A stretch of 64,000 nt of DNA from Owenia fusiformis. Its lineage: Eukaryota. The stretch is taken from positions 41,974,001 to 42,038,000 of the forward strand of contig CAIIXF020000001.1 of assembly GCA_903813345.2 (NCBI GenBank), in the 5' to 3' direction. Positions within the stretch are counted from its first letter, which is position 1; every line of letters starts with the position of its first letter. The translations under genes were made by a program, and so were the position numbers. Below the pieces are notes generated by a model. That model searched no databases and was not told where the DNA came from. It saw only the letters and a program-made list of their open reading frames with translations. Shown here one piece after another: positions 41,222 to 53,902 of this stretch.

Positions 41222-41518
41222 CAAGGAGGATTGGCTCCCAGAGTGAAACATCGATATTCTGTCCCATATATGGGGATGTCGTGCTACAAAATTCGAATTC
41301 CAACAGCCGCCATTTTGTTCACTTCAACATTTGAATCGTGATTTTGGTCTTATTTCCTAACGAAAAATTCCAAAACTCACAAGAAATGATATTGGTTCGA
41401 ATCTTTTGAACTGTTTATTTTGAATTTATAATCGGTTATAATTTCAGAAAATAACTACATTTCGGCGTTTTAATTGTTGGAAAATATCGACTTCGATTCT
41501 GGGAGCCAATCCTCCTTG
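41222..41518. mobile_element. 297-bp MITE with CAAGGAGGATTGGCTCCCAG TIRs
   Basis: Perfect ~21-bp TIR; a second, interrupted copy spans ~25330-26142; no clean TSD. Confidence 0.8.
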
Positions 41519-41963
41519 CTATAATATGAAAACAACTATCAAAGCCAAGGGATTCACCTTTTTGAAATATCATTGGCATACAGTCGGTATGTGTATCTTA
41601 CATTGTGACTCGAATTCTGTTTTCCATTACAGCCATGTTGTAGATTGCTGATCAGCTTTGATTGGCTTAAGTGCTGATCTGTTGATTCAAACGTACCAAG
41701 CCGTTCTCAACCGCGATGTGTCTAGAAATACAAACGCAATGAAAAATAGATGTCTAAAGTGAGTTCAGTCAATATAACATTGTATTGGAACGCCTCTGTA
41801 ATAAAGAACAAACCTCACACGCCTTTGGGGAATATAATAAAGATAATAGAGAGGTTAAGGTCCACGTCCTTAGAGAGCTTATACGGGAAACGCGTAATAC
41901 TATATACCAGAGAGTTTAAATAAGCGTATACGTAGGGAAACACCCAGGGCTTTAGGGATGACA

Positions 41964-42480
41964 ATAGGGGTTATGCACTGGGAGGTTTTGGATACAGGGA
42001 ATATCCCGAGGGATATACACTATATCTTCCCGAGGGACCGAAGGGACCAAGGGAAGATATATTGTATATCCCAAGGGATATTTCCTGTATCCAAACCGAC
42101 CGTGCATAACTGTTGTATTCCATACCTGATGAGGTTTGAAATAATAAGCATGTATCCCATATGCTCTGGTGTGTTTACTTGCAAAATATATACTTTCAAA
42201 TTTTCTTCCAAATTTGTTTTCAACTTTTTTTTCAGAATTTTTTTCAAAATTTTCTTACATAATTTTTTCCACAATTTTTTTCAAATTTTCATTTTCAATT
42301 TTTTTTCCCTAATTTATTTTTCAAATTTTTTTCAAAATTTTTTTTGAGCGGGACATACGATTTATATGTCCCGGAGCTCCGTTGTCCGAGCGGGACATAC
42401 GAAAAATATTTGCCCGGATATGGAATATATTCCCGGTTGATATGTCCCTGAAACCTCATCAGGTATGGAATACGACATAT
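41964..42480. mobile_element. Hairpin-ended element, family A (one terminal hairpin retained)
   Basis: ~140-nt hairpin 41970-42110, plus inner inverted repeat tattccatacctgatgaggttt / aaacctcatcaggtatggaata; similar to 61661-62542. Confidence 0.7.
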
Positions 42481-43217
42481 TACGTCTCTTGCGTACCACC
42501 TTCGTTTGCGCAAATTCTCACCAGTTAGTTTTTGAATAAAATACGTCGTTGTGATGTTTTAATCGATTTAAGCATATTCCTTACATTCTTCTTTATCTTG
42601 ATGTGAAATAACAAGCTATTATATTGGTTAACACGCCAGAAATTAACATGTACACTCCCCTTCAAAAGTTTGGCAACTCTAGCTCCCTCATTGGACTACA
42701 TGTTAAAGTCTCTTTATGTTTGGATTTTTAAGCCCCCCTCACATATGAACGAAAACCCCTTTACGTCAACTTGCGTATAGTGGCGAATAGGAAATTAGTC
42801 AAATTCGTTCTCATTAGTACGAGTTCGTGACAGTACGTCGCAGTGTTCGTATAGATGCGTTTGTCAGCGTTTACCTCGGTTGAAATTAGTCTTTTTCGTC
42901 GGAAAATGTTGAACATGTTCAAAAAATTGCAGCGAATAAAGGTTTCGTGTGTCATTCGTTGAAATTCGTTTCAATGCGTTAACGATCGGTTAACCTTCGC
43001 ATTGGCTTCGTCAAGTGACGTTACAGGTCGCTGGGGATAAGGTCGTATCCCCATAATTTGCATATCAAGCGACTGACGACGATCCCATTACGAACCATTA
43101 CGAACCATTGCGGCAGTTTGCAACCTTGTACGCAGTGGAACGAATTCTTACGAATTGGATCTACGTTAAGCTGAATAATTGAGAGAATACCAAATTAAAT
43201 CAAATAATTATTTTGTC

Positions 43218-43422
43218 ATGGAAGACACAGATCGACTGAGGCTGCAGGCTGCAGTATGTGGCTGCTATGGCCCAGCAAGAAGTTTTAACGCAGCAACTTA
43301 ACATTCATGAGTTCATCAGAGGCCGTTTTAGGCGGAGAAGGGGAGCCAGAGAACGTGGCATCTGGAGGAGACAATGGTTGAATCCAGAGAGACGGCGCCA
43401 ATTCGGCATATATGATCAGCTC
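43218..43422 (+). pseudogene. Harbinger transposase N-terminal stub
   Basis: MEDTDRLRLQAA(1-nt shift)...RRRRGARERGIWRRQWLNPERRRQFGIYDQL matches the R-rich WxRxWL...GxYxxL N-terminus of Harbinger transposases; similarity stops abruptly and no DDE domain follows. Confidence 0.75.
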
Positions 43423-43647
43423 GGTGTTGCAAAAATGTACATCCAAATCAGCAACAACGTTTTTGAATATTCCTTTCGAAAACATGACCAACATTACAAA
43501 TACTTAATCTGGCTTTTAACAAGACAAATAATTATACTAAGAGAATAAACTTTATTTAGAAAATATCTTTATAACAAAAAATTTAGATGTAAACAACAAA
43601 ATTTACAAAATAAAAACAAGAGCAGTGAACATGTCGTCACTAAGTCT

Positions 43648-46261
43648 CTAAGCACTTGACTGACTACGTGGTGCGGATGTGGAAAAAGCATCCGAAGCAG
43701 AAGGCAGAACTGGAGCAGATGTGGGACGGGTGCTACCAACAAGAGAGACATCCATACTGAGCCCTTCTTCACCCAGGACAGGTAGGTTGCTGGGCATTGC
43801 GGGTATGTTCACATGTTCCTGTGTAGGCTTCTCCTGAAGTAGTATATCCATTCCAGACGACAGCAATGCCTGGGTCAGAGGAGAGGCTATAGGGATAGCT
43901 TGTGGTGGACGTAAAGAACCCCTAGATAAGTCATCATGGCCCTGAGAAGACTGGCCTAAAAGTTAAGAAATAATAATTGGGTGCATGAATTTTGCATGAA
44001 TAATGTAATAAATCATGAAAATAATAAACTACAATGCGATATGATAGAAACTGTCACTGAATCCAATGGCAGTCTCGTCCCATGGGTCTGGGATATAACA
44101 TATTCCCTTGTTATCTTTCTTGATTTAAAGGATGTGAATAATACACAATGTGTAGAACTCACCATAGGAGACATTAATCAGCGATCGTCGATTGGGGGAC
44201 TGCAATGTTGGATGCATCTGGGGAGTTAACTGCTTCCTCTGCTGCTGGAAATACTGCTGCATATATCTGTCATCTTGACTGTGCCAGGGAGATGCTGTTT
44301 GTGGTGGATTTGGGATCCATCTGCTAGGCGGAGGCTGCCAGCCACCACCATGAGATTGATGCATTCCAGAGGCGTAGAAACTGTTGGTAGGACTGAAAAT
44401 AAAATAAATTACCAATTACAAATACAAAGTAATGAATAACTTTATAATTTTACCCCTTTATTCCTTTACCTAGTGTTTGACAGTGTTTGACAATCGGTCA
44501 ATGTTTTTTCCAAAAAATAAGCAGGTTTAAGGAAGTGCATGCGCATAATTGGTCGTGGCAGTGAATAATTTTATGAATCCATAATTGTTTTACTTACCCA
44601 CTTGAGGATGGAGTCACGGTGGAGGAGGTAGAACTGCTTGTTTTCTTAGCAAGAGGTTTGATAGCATCATCTTCAGAGTCGGTTGACGAGTTGTACTTTG
44701 CCAAACTTGCTTCAACTTCCCTACGGAATAACTTAAAACGTCTCTTGGACATCTGTCTCATCTCTTGTGTCAAATACCGTCCATACAAGGTGGCAACATC
44801 AAACGGTTCTTCGCGTTTAACAGCAACTTTGTTGACGGATTCCTTTAGCGACTCAAGGACACTAATAGACTCTTTCGCTGTATTTTGAAGCATGGTGATC
44901 TCTTTATCCTCATCCTCGCTGTGTTTCTTTCCTTTGCTTTTCCGTTTTAAGTCATCATCCTTCCCCTGTCTCACAGCTTCTCTCTCTGCTGCATTCAAGT
45001 CAACTGCAGGACTGTCCTCTGCTAACTGAGTAACATAAAATTCGGATAATTTAAAATGTTATCAGGTAAGAAAAAAATACTGGTTTAGAATTGTGCTATT
45101 TTTAAGTTGACTGATTTTCTTTTATGCAACCTTGGACGTTTTAACATATTTACTTAATGGTTCTAAATCATTAACATTGTTTATTGTTATACATTTATTG
45201 TTTTATTTATATTGCCTCGGGAACATAGGCCTAATGGAAACTACTTGAAACTCCCGTTTTTATCTTATCAATACATTGTATTTATGATTATCATCTTATT
45301 AGTTTTATAAACTCGATTTTCTACCTATTTATTTTACATCAGACTTTGTTGATTTTTTTTATTTCAAACAACTCCGACTCCGAAAAAATAAGCCCGTTTT
45401 TAATTTTGATTTTTTTAAGTGTCACTTATACATCACAAAGGCTTATTTCACTTCAAATTAACCATTAAGTTACAATTGAGTATGTGGAAATATCAATCAC
45501 TCACACTCTTGATAGGTGTCCTCCTATGAACCGGTCTATTACTTAGAAACGACAGATTTTGCAGCACCCACTTTTGTTTGTATGGGAGATCGTCTCTTTC
45601 CGAGCCGGATTTTTTCAGGGACAAACGGGTGTATGTGTCTCTAATGCCCTTCCACCAGCCAACTATATTTTCAACTGCAAATTGACATCAAGCTTGCTAT
45701 GTATGTTTACTCTGAATTTTGATGCAAACCTCCATAGAGTCACATGTTATTTTTCAAATATGGATTATACCTTTCCCACATTTCTCCATCTTTCAGTTTT
45801 GCACAAAGAGTGCACTAATGTACCTAGAAAGGACTGTAGAGATATTTTTTGATAAAATGTTTAAAAACCGAGAAAATTCAGGGAGAAAATATTTATGGAC
45901 GATTGCATCAAAATTCCGAACATACAGAGTAACCTTAAACAGCATTAATTATTCATGAATGTGTCAAAGTATGCATGAATCTACAGGATATTCACAAAAC
46001 ACAGGTTTGAAATTGCAATCAATTCTAAATTGAATAAATAGAATAAATAGTCAGTTTTTTACCCGAAACACCGGTGCTTTTCGAGATATCTTCGAGAAGT
46101 TTCTTCTTGTTGTCCCTGTTGTGGTGATCTTCAAGGCGTATATCCCATAGGGATGGATTCATTTTATAGAATTCTACCAACTCTTTTTCTATTTTGGGAT
46201 CTTTTTTCATTTCGATTTTGTGATCCTGCCTCTTTGTGTTCTTTCTCTTTACTTTATTCAT
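43648..46261 (-). CDS. MADF (Myb/SANT-like) DNA-binding protein of the Harbinger element, 444 aa from the exon-2 ATG
   Basis: Exons 46261(46274)-46063, 45674-45505, 45025-44598, 44392-44163 and 43955-43648; all introns GT-AG and phase-compatible, no stops. MADF motif LVEFYKMNPSLWDIRLEDHHNRDNKKKLL...GWWKGIRDTYTRL..KKSG...KWVLQNLSFL, then BESS-like YGRYLTQEMRQMSKRRFKLFRREV. An upstream exon 46917-46795 is out of frame with its ATG by 1 nt. Confidence 0.85.
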
Positions 46262-46713
46262 GTTTGCTGCTGGACTGAAAGACGAAAACAAACATTAACT
46301 TCATGCCTACAAATGTTTAACAACTTTGCCCCCCCCATTGTTTACATGAAAGTCATAAAAACAGATATGATGTAATTTTTTCAATATAAACGTATTTTCT
46401 TATTATGCAAATAAGGATTCTAACTGAAGAGGCGTTAAGGCAATCCAATGGTGGGGTACGGGTTTCAAAACGTTTGGAGGGGAGTGTACATCTCAACAAA
46501 ACATGTGCTACTATTTGGTATATTATACATGAATTTTGTGGTGACAAGTCACGATTAACATAACAGAAATCTTCACCTTGTATATTCAGCACAGTCTGAG
46601 TGTTGCTCTCGGTTTTCACTTTTGGCCCCACACTCTATATCACCGGCACTGAACATAAAAATGCACAAAATAAATATCAACGAGCGTAAAAATTACACAT
46701 AGTGTATCCGTAT

Positions 46714-46732
46714 GTGTGTGTGTGTGTGTGTG
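46714..46732. repeat. (TG)n microsatellite
   Basis: Directly visible. Confidence 0.9.
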
Positions 46733-48516
46733 TATCCGTATTTACATCTAACCAAGACATACAATTTTTGAATCTTACAAGTTTTGAATCTTACCCAGGA
46801 GGACTATTGTCTATTGTGACTTCTTCCTCTGCCTTGTTTGGCTCTACGGAAGATGGTTGTGTGTCCTCTTTGTCGGGTTTGTTCTCCGGCGGTTGGTTTT
46901 CTTTTAAGTCTTGCCATTTTTATATTTCATTAACTTACGTTGTGTGAATAGGTTAACAAGTTGTTGTCAAGTAAATTGACCCTTACACTTTTCGCAAAGG
47001 TTCGTTTAGATTCGGAAGCATGCGCACAATTGCGCTTTGGTCCGCATGTATGCGTTGTTAATCGCTGACGGGAATCGCTGACGCCTCCTGCTTTTCGTAA
47101 GGCTTTGTTCAGATTCGGAAGAATGCGCATAATTACGCTTTATTTCGCATGTATGCGTTATTACTCGCTGAAGGGGATGTCAAAGGTTGTTTAAGAGACG
47201 CAACGCATCTTAGCGAAGAAAAGTAGTAATTCGTCACACTTCGTAAAACATTCGCAACAAATAGTTACCTTACATTACTATTCGTTATGTTTTCTATTAT
47301 GTAACATATTTTTAAACATTTTCGCTCAATATTCGCCAGAAATGACTAATTTACCACATGCGTCAGGCTGCGTTTGGTGGATTCGTTCATATGTGAGGGG
47401 GCCTTATTTACATAACTTGCGAAGAAAATACTTTTAATATTGATGGAAATGTAACTTGACTTGACATGTCAAATGCCGCCAAATTTTCCCAATTTTTTCC
47501 TCAATTACAATAGGTTGTGGAAATTCACGATAAATCTGATCAATTTTTGAAAATCGACATTCCCATGTAAACCAATGGGAAATGGTATACTATAGGTTTG
47601 CCGTAAGTCATATTACAGAATATTAATCCATCCAAGTTCTTGCAAAATACAAGTTAGGTAGTCAATTGAATTTGCTAACTTTATGTTATAAAAAATTGAT
47701 ACGTTTCTTCAGGTTTAAAAAAAATTATAGGTCTTCAAAGTCAAAATTACTTTTCAAAAAATCCTCCCATTGAAATAACACAAAGTGGCGAAAAATTATT
47801 TTCAAAAATGACTTTAGAAGCTCTGTAACTTTATTATTCATAAAGTAAACTGAACATTTAGCGTACAAAAGAGTTACAAAATTCAATTTTATATATAAAA
47901 ATATTTTTGTTGAATCTTTTAATGGATAGATATCCTGAAATCAGATTTGCTCCGAACCCAATATTTCCCATTGGTTTACATGAGAATGACGATTTTCAAA
48001 AAATTATCAAATCTATCATCAATTTTCGACCTATTTTAATTGAGGAAAAAATTGGGAAAATTTGGAGGCATTGGTAATAAAGTCAAGTTACATTTCCATC
48101 AACATTATAAGTATTTTCCTCGCAGGTTATGTACTAAATAAAAATTCAAACATAGAGAGGCTTTAACAGTTAACACGTAGTTCAATGAGGGATCTAAGGT
48201 TGCCAAACTTTTGGAGGGGAGTGTAATATTATTCGAAGCGTTATTAGAACATTTTGAATCCGCCATTTTTGTTTCTCGATTTGGACCAATCAGGACGGTG
48301 GGTCATCTCAATACAGATTTACATTATAGACGTACGTCATCTTTGAATCCAGGGGTTTCTCCCCCTCTTCGTATGCATATACCCATCCGTATGTTTCTTA
48401 CGGATACGTATAGGTAATGCGAGCAATGAGAGTTACAAGACAGTGAATCCCCGTTAAGGTTTATATACAGTGAACCCCCCCGGGCCGTACGGTTGCCGCA
48501 GATCAAATGTAACCTA

Positions 48517-49630
48517 GGTATTGACTTCTCTAAATGGTTCAAGATTCTATATAATTGGTCTGAAAGTTGCGTTATAAATAACGGTTTCTTTTCAAGTTTT
48601 TTTTGGATTAAAGCGTAGCTGTCGGCAGGGAGATGCCCTTTCCTGCTATGCATTCATCCTAGCCTGGAACCTTTATGTTCAAAACTTAAAAACGACAAAG
48701 AAGTTAGGGGTATTAAAGTTTATAATGAAGAAGTTCAAATGGGAATGTATGCAGATGACACTTTTGTATTTTTAGATGGCACAGCAAAATCACTAGGACG
48801 CTGCCTATGTATTTTTGATATGTTTTATGAAACGTCAGGATTAAAGTTAAATATAGAGAAAACGTCAGCTATCTGGTTAGGTAGTAAACAAGGTTCTAAA
48901 GAAAAATTATGCCAAGATAATCCAATTAACTGGGAAACAAATTTCAAACTTCTTGGAATAAACCTATCTTCTGATTTAAAAGATGTAGAATCTCTCAACT
49001 TTGAAAACAAAATTACTGAAATGCAAAATGTTATAAGTATATCAAACTTGAATCAAACAATTATTCACTTCTTTCATTTGGAACTCAACAGTTGCAAACG
49101 TAAGTTTTTCACAAATTGTACAAGATTTTGACGACGGAGGCTTAAAAATGATTGATCCCAAGATCTTTGAACATTCACTTAAATTGACATGGTTGCAAAA
49201 AGTTCAGAAATCTGGCACATGGCAAGACATTGCACTTAATATTTTAAATGTAAACTCAAAACGTAAACTCTTTGCATATGATTCAAAATCCTTAAAGAAA
49301 ATAGAAGAAAAATTTCAAATAAATTCTGGAAAGATTACACGTTTACACTTTTAGAATATACACTGAACAAAAAGAGAAAGAGGCAAATAATGATTCAAAA
49401 TTGAGTGCTGAACTTGCTATGTGCAACACTTGGGCAAAGCTTACAAAGAACCAAAATGTCCAAACAATATTGAAAAATGTAAGAGCCAATGGAGAGACAA
49501 TTGTACTACAAGATATGTTTCACCAGTCTAATAGAATTTTGAATCAAGAAGAATTCAATGAAAAGTTCAATACAAACATTAATTTTCTTGACCAAAAGAC
49601 CTTACTGAGCTCTGAATCAGTAAAATTTTC
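48517..49630 (+). pseudogene. Tx1/L1-clade LINE reverse transcriptase remnant, 5'-truncated
   Basis: FSKWFKILY..SESCVINNG..RSCRQGDALS..FILA/EPL..VRGIKV..MYADDTFVFL..FYETSGLKLNIEKT..FKLLGI..GGLKMID..SLKLTWL, with frameshifts and deletions. Confidence 0.9.
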
Positions 49631-51141
49631 AAGGTCAAAGGTCATCTAACTAGGTCACACAACTGTGCAATCTAAATTTCTCAAAGTTCGAGACTACAAA
49701 TCCAAATCAATATAATTGTTTGAAAGTCAGGATATACATTCCTCTGAAGGTTCCAAACTGTGTGAGCACAGGACCGTGGGTCCTTTATCAATATTACAAT
49801 AAGATATAACATTTGCTTTAAATCCTTTAAAGGTAGGTTTTAATATCGAGTATTTGCATACAGGTACACATATCTTTTAAATATTCTCCACATATTTGTC
49901 AGGATAATTGTTCTGTCATTTATACATAATGGTCCTATTCAATGATATTATGTATATTGTATATGTTAATGTACGAGAACTGCTTTCAAATGTTTTTCTA
50001 TGAATAAAAAAGGAATAAAAAACAACAAAAAACTTCTCTATTTGTTCGAAGAAAAGTGTGTTGATTAGCTACACCCAATTGATGACGAAGAAGCAGGCAA
50101 AATATGTATTTACATATAATTTCAGACTCTATTAATATATTGGATTGTTTACCTTAATTGACGAAGGAAGACAGGTGAACATAAAGCCACATTCACTGCT
50201 GTTCACAATTACATAAGAGTTACAAAAAGATTCTCAAACAACTAGTTCCTTCCTTTCACTCTTTCATTTCATCCCAAGCCTCCCATCCTGCACAAATAAA
50301 TAAAACTGTAATAATCAAAGGAGAGGACTTAGAATAGGCGCGAAAGCCTTTTGTCCAATCCGTTTCGTTAAACTGTATCAATATAATGTATGTAATGTAA
50401 TATATAAACGAATAAAATATTCTTAATAAATAAAAAATTGATGATGCGATGGACATGCTGAAAAAGGATTTCTCATCGTAACTCTACAGCTCATGGTGGC
50501 TCTGAAAGGAAAATGGGTCTGGACACGGCATATCTATTTTGCCAAACACCAGCAAGTAAGATGGTTAATTGATCAACGGACATCCATTTCAGTCAATTGA
50601 CCTAAATGTACTAATGGCTTTTAATGCTGAAAAACAATTTCATGGAAATACTTCAGAAATAAGTAGATATTTGTAATGGACCAAGTGGATAAAGGTGGAT
50701 TCGTTAGATCGTCTTATGAGGTTATATATCGCATCATGTAAAAAGTATAGTCCACTGAGAATGTTGCCAAAGTTATGACTGAGCGTAATGACATGACACA
50801 ATTGCTAATAGAGTTGCGGCCTAATATTCACTTTTACTCGATTTATGGTGAAAGGTTTATCCATTACTTGACAAATAGAACCACTTTGGCATTTTTTCCT
50901 GGGATTGTCTGTTGAAAGACTTAGTTTCAATTTAGCGCCTGTCTATTATCTAACAAGGGCACTTGTGTTGTTAGCTAATGTAATATTGTCATCGAGCTAT
51001 CATTCCCTGATGTCAAAACCTACTTGATGGATCCTTTATCCCAATCTCTCTAAGAGGCCAATGTTTCGTCATTGGACTCTAAGTGCACCATCATTACATT
51101 TTATTTTGTTTCATTTTGAAAGGTTGCAACGTGATTTTGTT

Positions 51142-51403
51142 CCCCATTCGTCCAAATCCCAATGGTCAGAATCCCATTCGACTGAATCCCAATTGTCCGA
51201 ATCCAAATGGTCCGAATCCCATTCGTCCAAATCCCAAATGGTCAGAATCCCATTCGTCAGAATCCCAAATGGTCAGAATCCCATTCGTCCGAATCCCATT
51301 CGTCCAAATCCCATTCGTCCAAATCCCAAATGGTCAGAATCCCATTCGTCCGTATCCCAATTGTCCGAATCCAAATGGTCCGAATCCCAAATGGTAGTGC
51401 ACC
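51142..51403. repeat. Minisatellite of 14-16-bp units (aatcccattcgtcc / aatcccaaatggtcag), probably MITE-internal
   Basis: Directly visible head-to-tail units ending in atggtagtgcacc. Confidence 0.9.
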
Positions 51404-53383
51404 GATTGATATCATATAAACGAATGTAATGAAAATAGGAAAGAGCTGAGGAGTTAAAGTTAAAGAGAGTGATGGAGCCGAGTCATTATTTCATGCTCGA
51501 CATTTATGCTTGATATTGAAATTATTGCCATGATTAAACTCGATTTCCAAGTTGGTTCAGCTTTATCAGCTTTGGTTCACCCATTGATCACAATTAGCTG
51601 GTCATCAATACATTAATTATCTGAGACAAACTGACCTTTTGAATCGAATCGTGATGCACAGGCACTTACTTATTTTGCAAGGCCAAGGAGATTTGATAGC
51701 CTGGTAAAACAACAAGAAAATGAAAAACAAAATATGCTGGCATGAATCCATATAAATTCAAAAATACAATGATGAATGTAAGAGGTGTCAATATGGAATA
51801 GTATGTGCTCCTCTGATGTCAATAAGAAATTAAAAACATGATTACTAGGCTACATGACTTTGTCATCCTGCGTACATGAATATTGTTGTGTACCTTAAGT
51901 GATATTTAATTTTTGGTACATCCGATGTGAAAACATCATCCACATCTTTATTGGCTTGTACAGGAACAACAGGAATCCTGTAAATATTGTATTAAAAATT
52001 AATCATAGCATAAAAATCGAGGTTAGTGCTCTAACATATAAAATTAAATAGTATGGTATGGTTAACAGTAATTAAGTATATTGTAGCTAAGTGACCCAAT
52101 CGCCTAAATCATATAATGGTAGTTAGCATAAGTGTTTTTCTAATTTAGACATTCAATTATAAAAGTCTAAAAGGTGTTTGGGCTTAGATTAATGCCCTAA
52201 ATATGTTAATTGCTTCAATCAGGAAGTTAATGGTTAAGATTGGATATAATTCAAGGCAGGCATAAGTACTTCATTTAAATTCATAGATCGCGACACTTTT
52301 TAGATTTGTTCACAATTTCTTCCTTTGACATTATGCAATAAAACACTGCCAGTAACTCTTCAATTTGTTAGCCAGTGACTCCTATTTAGGAACTCATTAC
52401 AACAACTAATGGCTATTCATCAAGAATACTGTAATTTGTAATTGGAAATTTCAAATGTGATGAAACACGAAGACCGCTAATGGCAGGGTATGATATTTCA
52501 TCTTACTAATACTGGAAAATGCACGCTTCGGTGTAAATCGCATATTACGTCTGCATTTATCAAATGTACTTCGTTTAAATCCAGTTCCGCCAGTATGATT
52601 AAATGAAACAATAAGCAGTTATATGACCCCTTTATAAAAGAACAACCTCCCATTTGATATTTGATACATATAACCAAATCAATGAGAATCTATAAGCCTT
52701 ATCCAGGATTCAATGTCTGATTAACTGTTGCAAAGAGTGATATACATGGGATGATCAATAGATTTTGCAAGTGACCTCTATGAGCTACTTCTAATTACGT
52801 CATGAAACTTGGCACATTGAATATGGTTAATAAATACTAATATTTGATAGTATTTTTGTAATTTTGGTGTTTATGACTGGGATTAAGGGGTTAGGAATTT
52901 CAATCATGAATAGACCTTAAGTCTATATGGCCGCCTAATTGAATATTTCGTGATACATAAGCTGAAGCATTTACGACAGTTGTTACGCGGAATATGCCAT
53001 AGTAGAGAGGTTTCGCACAACGGGTTTGCTAAAACGTATCCGCATCCGTATCTCGTTACGTTTACGGATACGTTATTCGAAAATTTTCGTTTCGCAGTAC
53101 GTTTTTTTAGCACGTAATCCACAAAACGTATCTCAAGCCGTGACCTTGACAATAACATTCATTTCCTGTGGAAGTAACACAACAGTTATATCTTCTCAAA
53201 AAGGTAAGATTTTGTCGTGTAATTTGGCAATATCGATTTATGTTATTTTGCCCCTCATATCATTTCGTGAACATAGAATAATAGTACATTCTGTCTCTAA
53301 ACATGGGATAACATTGGAAGAAAAACTCTGGATCATTTCGGGTGTCAAGAGTGAATATACTATAATCTCCCTGAATATATAGT

Positions 53384-53558
53384 CCCGGTGTGAAAGAAAT
53401 TATGGTCCCCTGGGGATTATGGTCCCCGTTCCAAACGGCCCTTATTGGCCCTGATTGTGTATAAAATAATAAGGGAAAGAGTTGTGATTAGGTCACTATA
53501 TAAATCAATGGAGAGTAGGACCATAATTTGATAGGACCTCCTACCCTTTTACACCGGG
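53384..53558. mobile_element. 175-bp Mutator-like MITE with 9-bp TSD
   Basis: ATATATAGT|CCCGGTGTGAAAG ... CTTTTACACCGGG|ATATATAGT. Confidence 0.85.
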
Positions 53559-53902
53559 ATATATAGTCCAAGGATGCATGTTACCAGACTATATTTTCTA
53601 TGGTATACAATATAACTTCGAGGTATTTATACTGACGAACTATAGATACGTTGACAGCAGTCCCATCCCCATTCAGTACCAATCCTAAATAGCATACCCC
53701 ATTCAACCAGCTTTGCCTCTTTTTAAGGAGTGATATTCGATTGTTTGGGAATTCTTTGCTAAAATATGATATCCTGATCCAAATATCAATTATATTTTCA
53801 AGTAATATTCGATCTATATCATTGTAACCATGGGGTAATAGTAGTTAGCCTAATTCACTATTTTATTTCATTCTAGTAGTGTGATCTTCGACAACTGTAC
53901 AT

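Larger units (their letters stand above)
42731..47403. mobile_element. PIF/Harbinger transposon, 4.67 kb, transposase-deleted
   Basis: TIRs (A/G)GCCCCC(C)TCACATATGAACGAA; TTA TSD at 42728-42730 and 47404-47406; convergent transposase stub and MADF gene. Confidence 0.92.
42653..48223. mobile_element. Tc1/mariner MITE (CACTCCCC family, ~0.9 kb) split by the Harbinger insertion
   Basis: TA|CACTCCCCTTCAAAAGTTTGGCAAC at 42653 and GTTGCCAAACTTTTGGAGGGGAGTG|TA at 48223. Removing 42731-47403 and one TTA restores the sequence seen in 18490-18756. Confidence 0.85.

Noticed and set aside
41844..41940. AAT|AGAGAGGTT resembling the PHIS element terminus
   Set aside because: No matching inverted end was found.
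51061..51429. Three overlapping repetitive ORFs and a CRISPR-like look
   Set aside because: They are translations of a head-to-tail minisatellite with no unique spacers and no cas genes.
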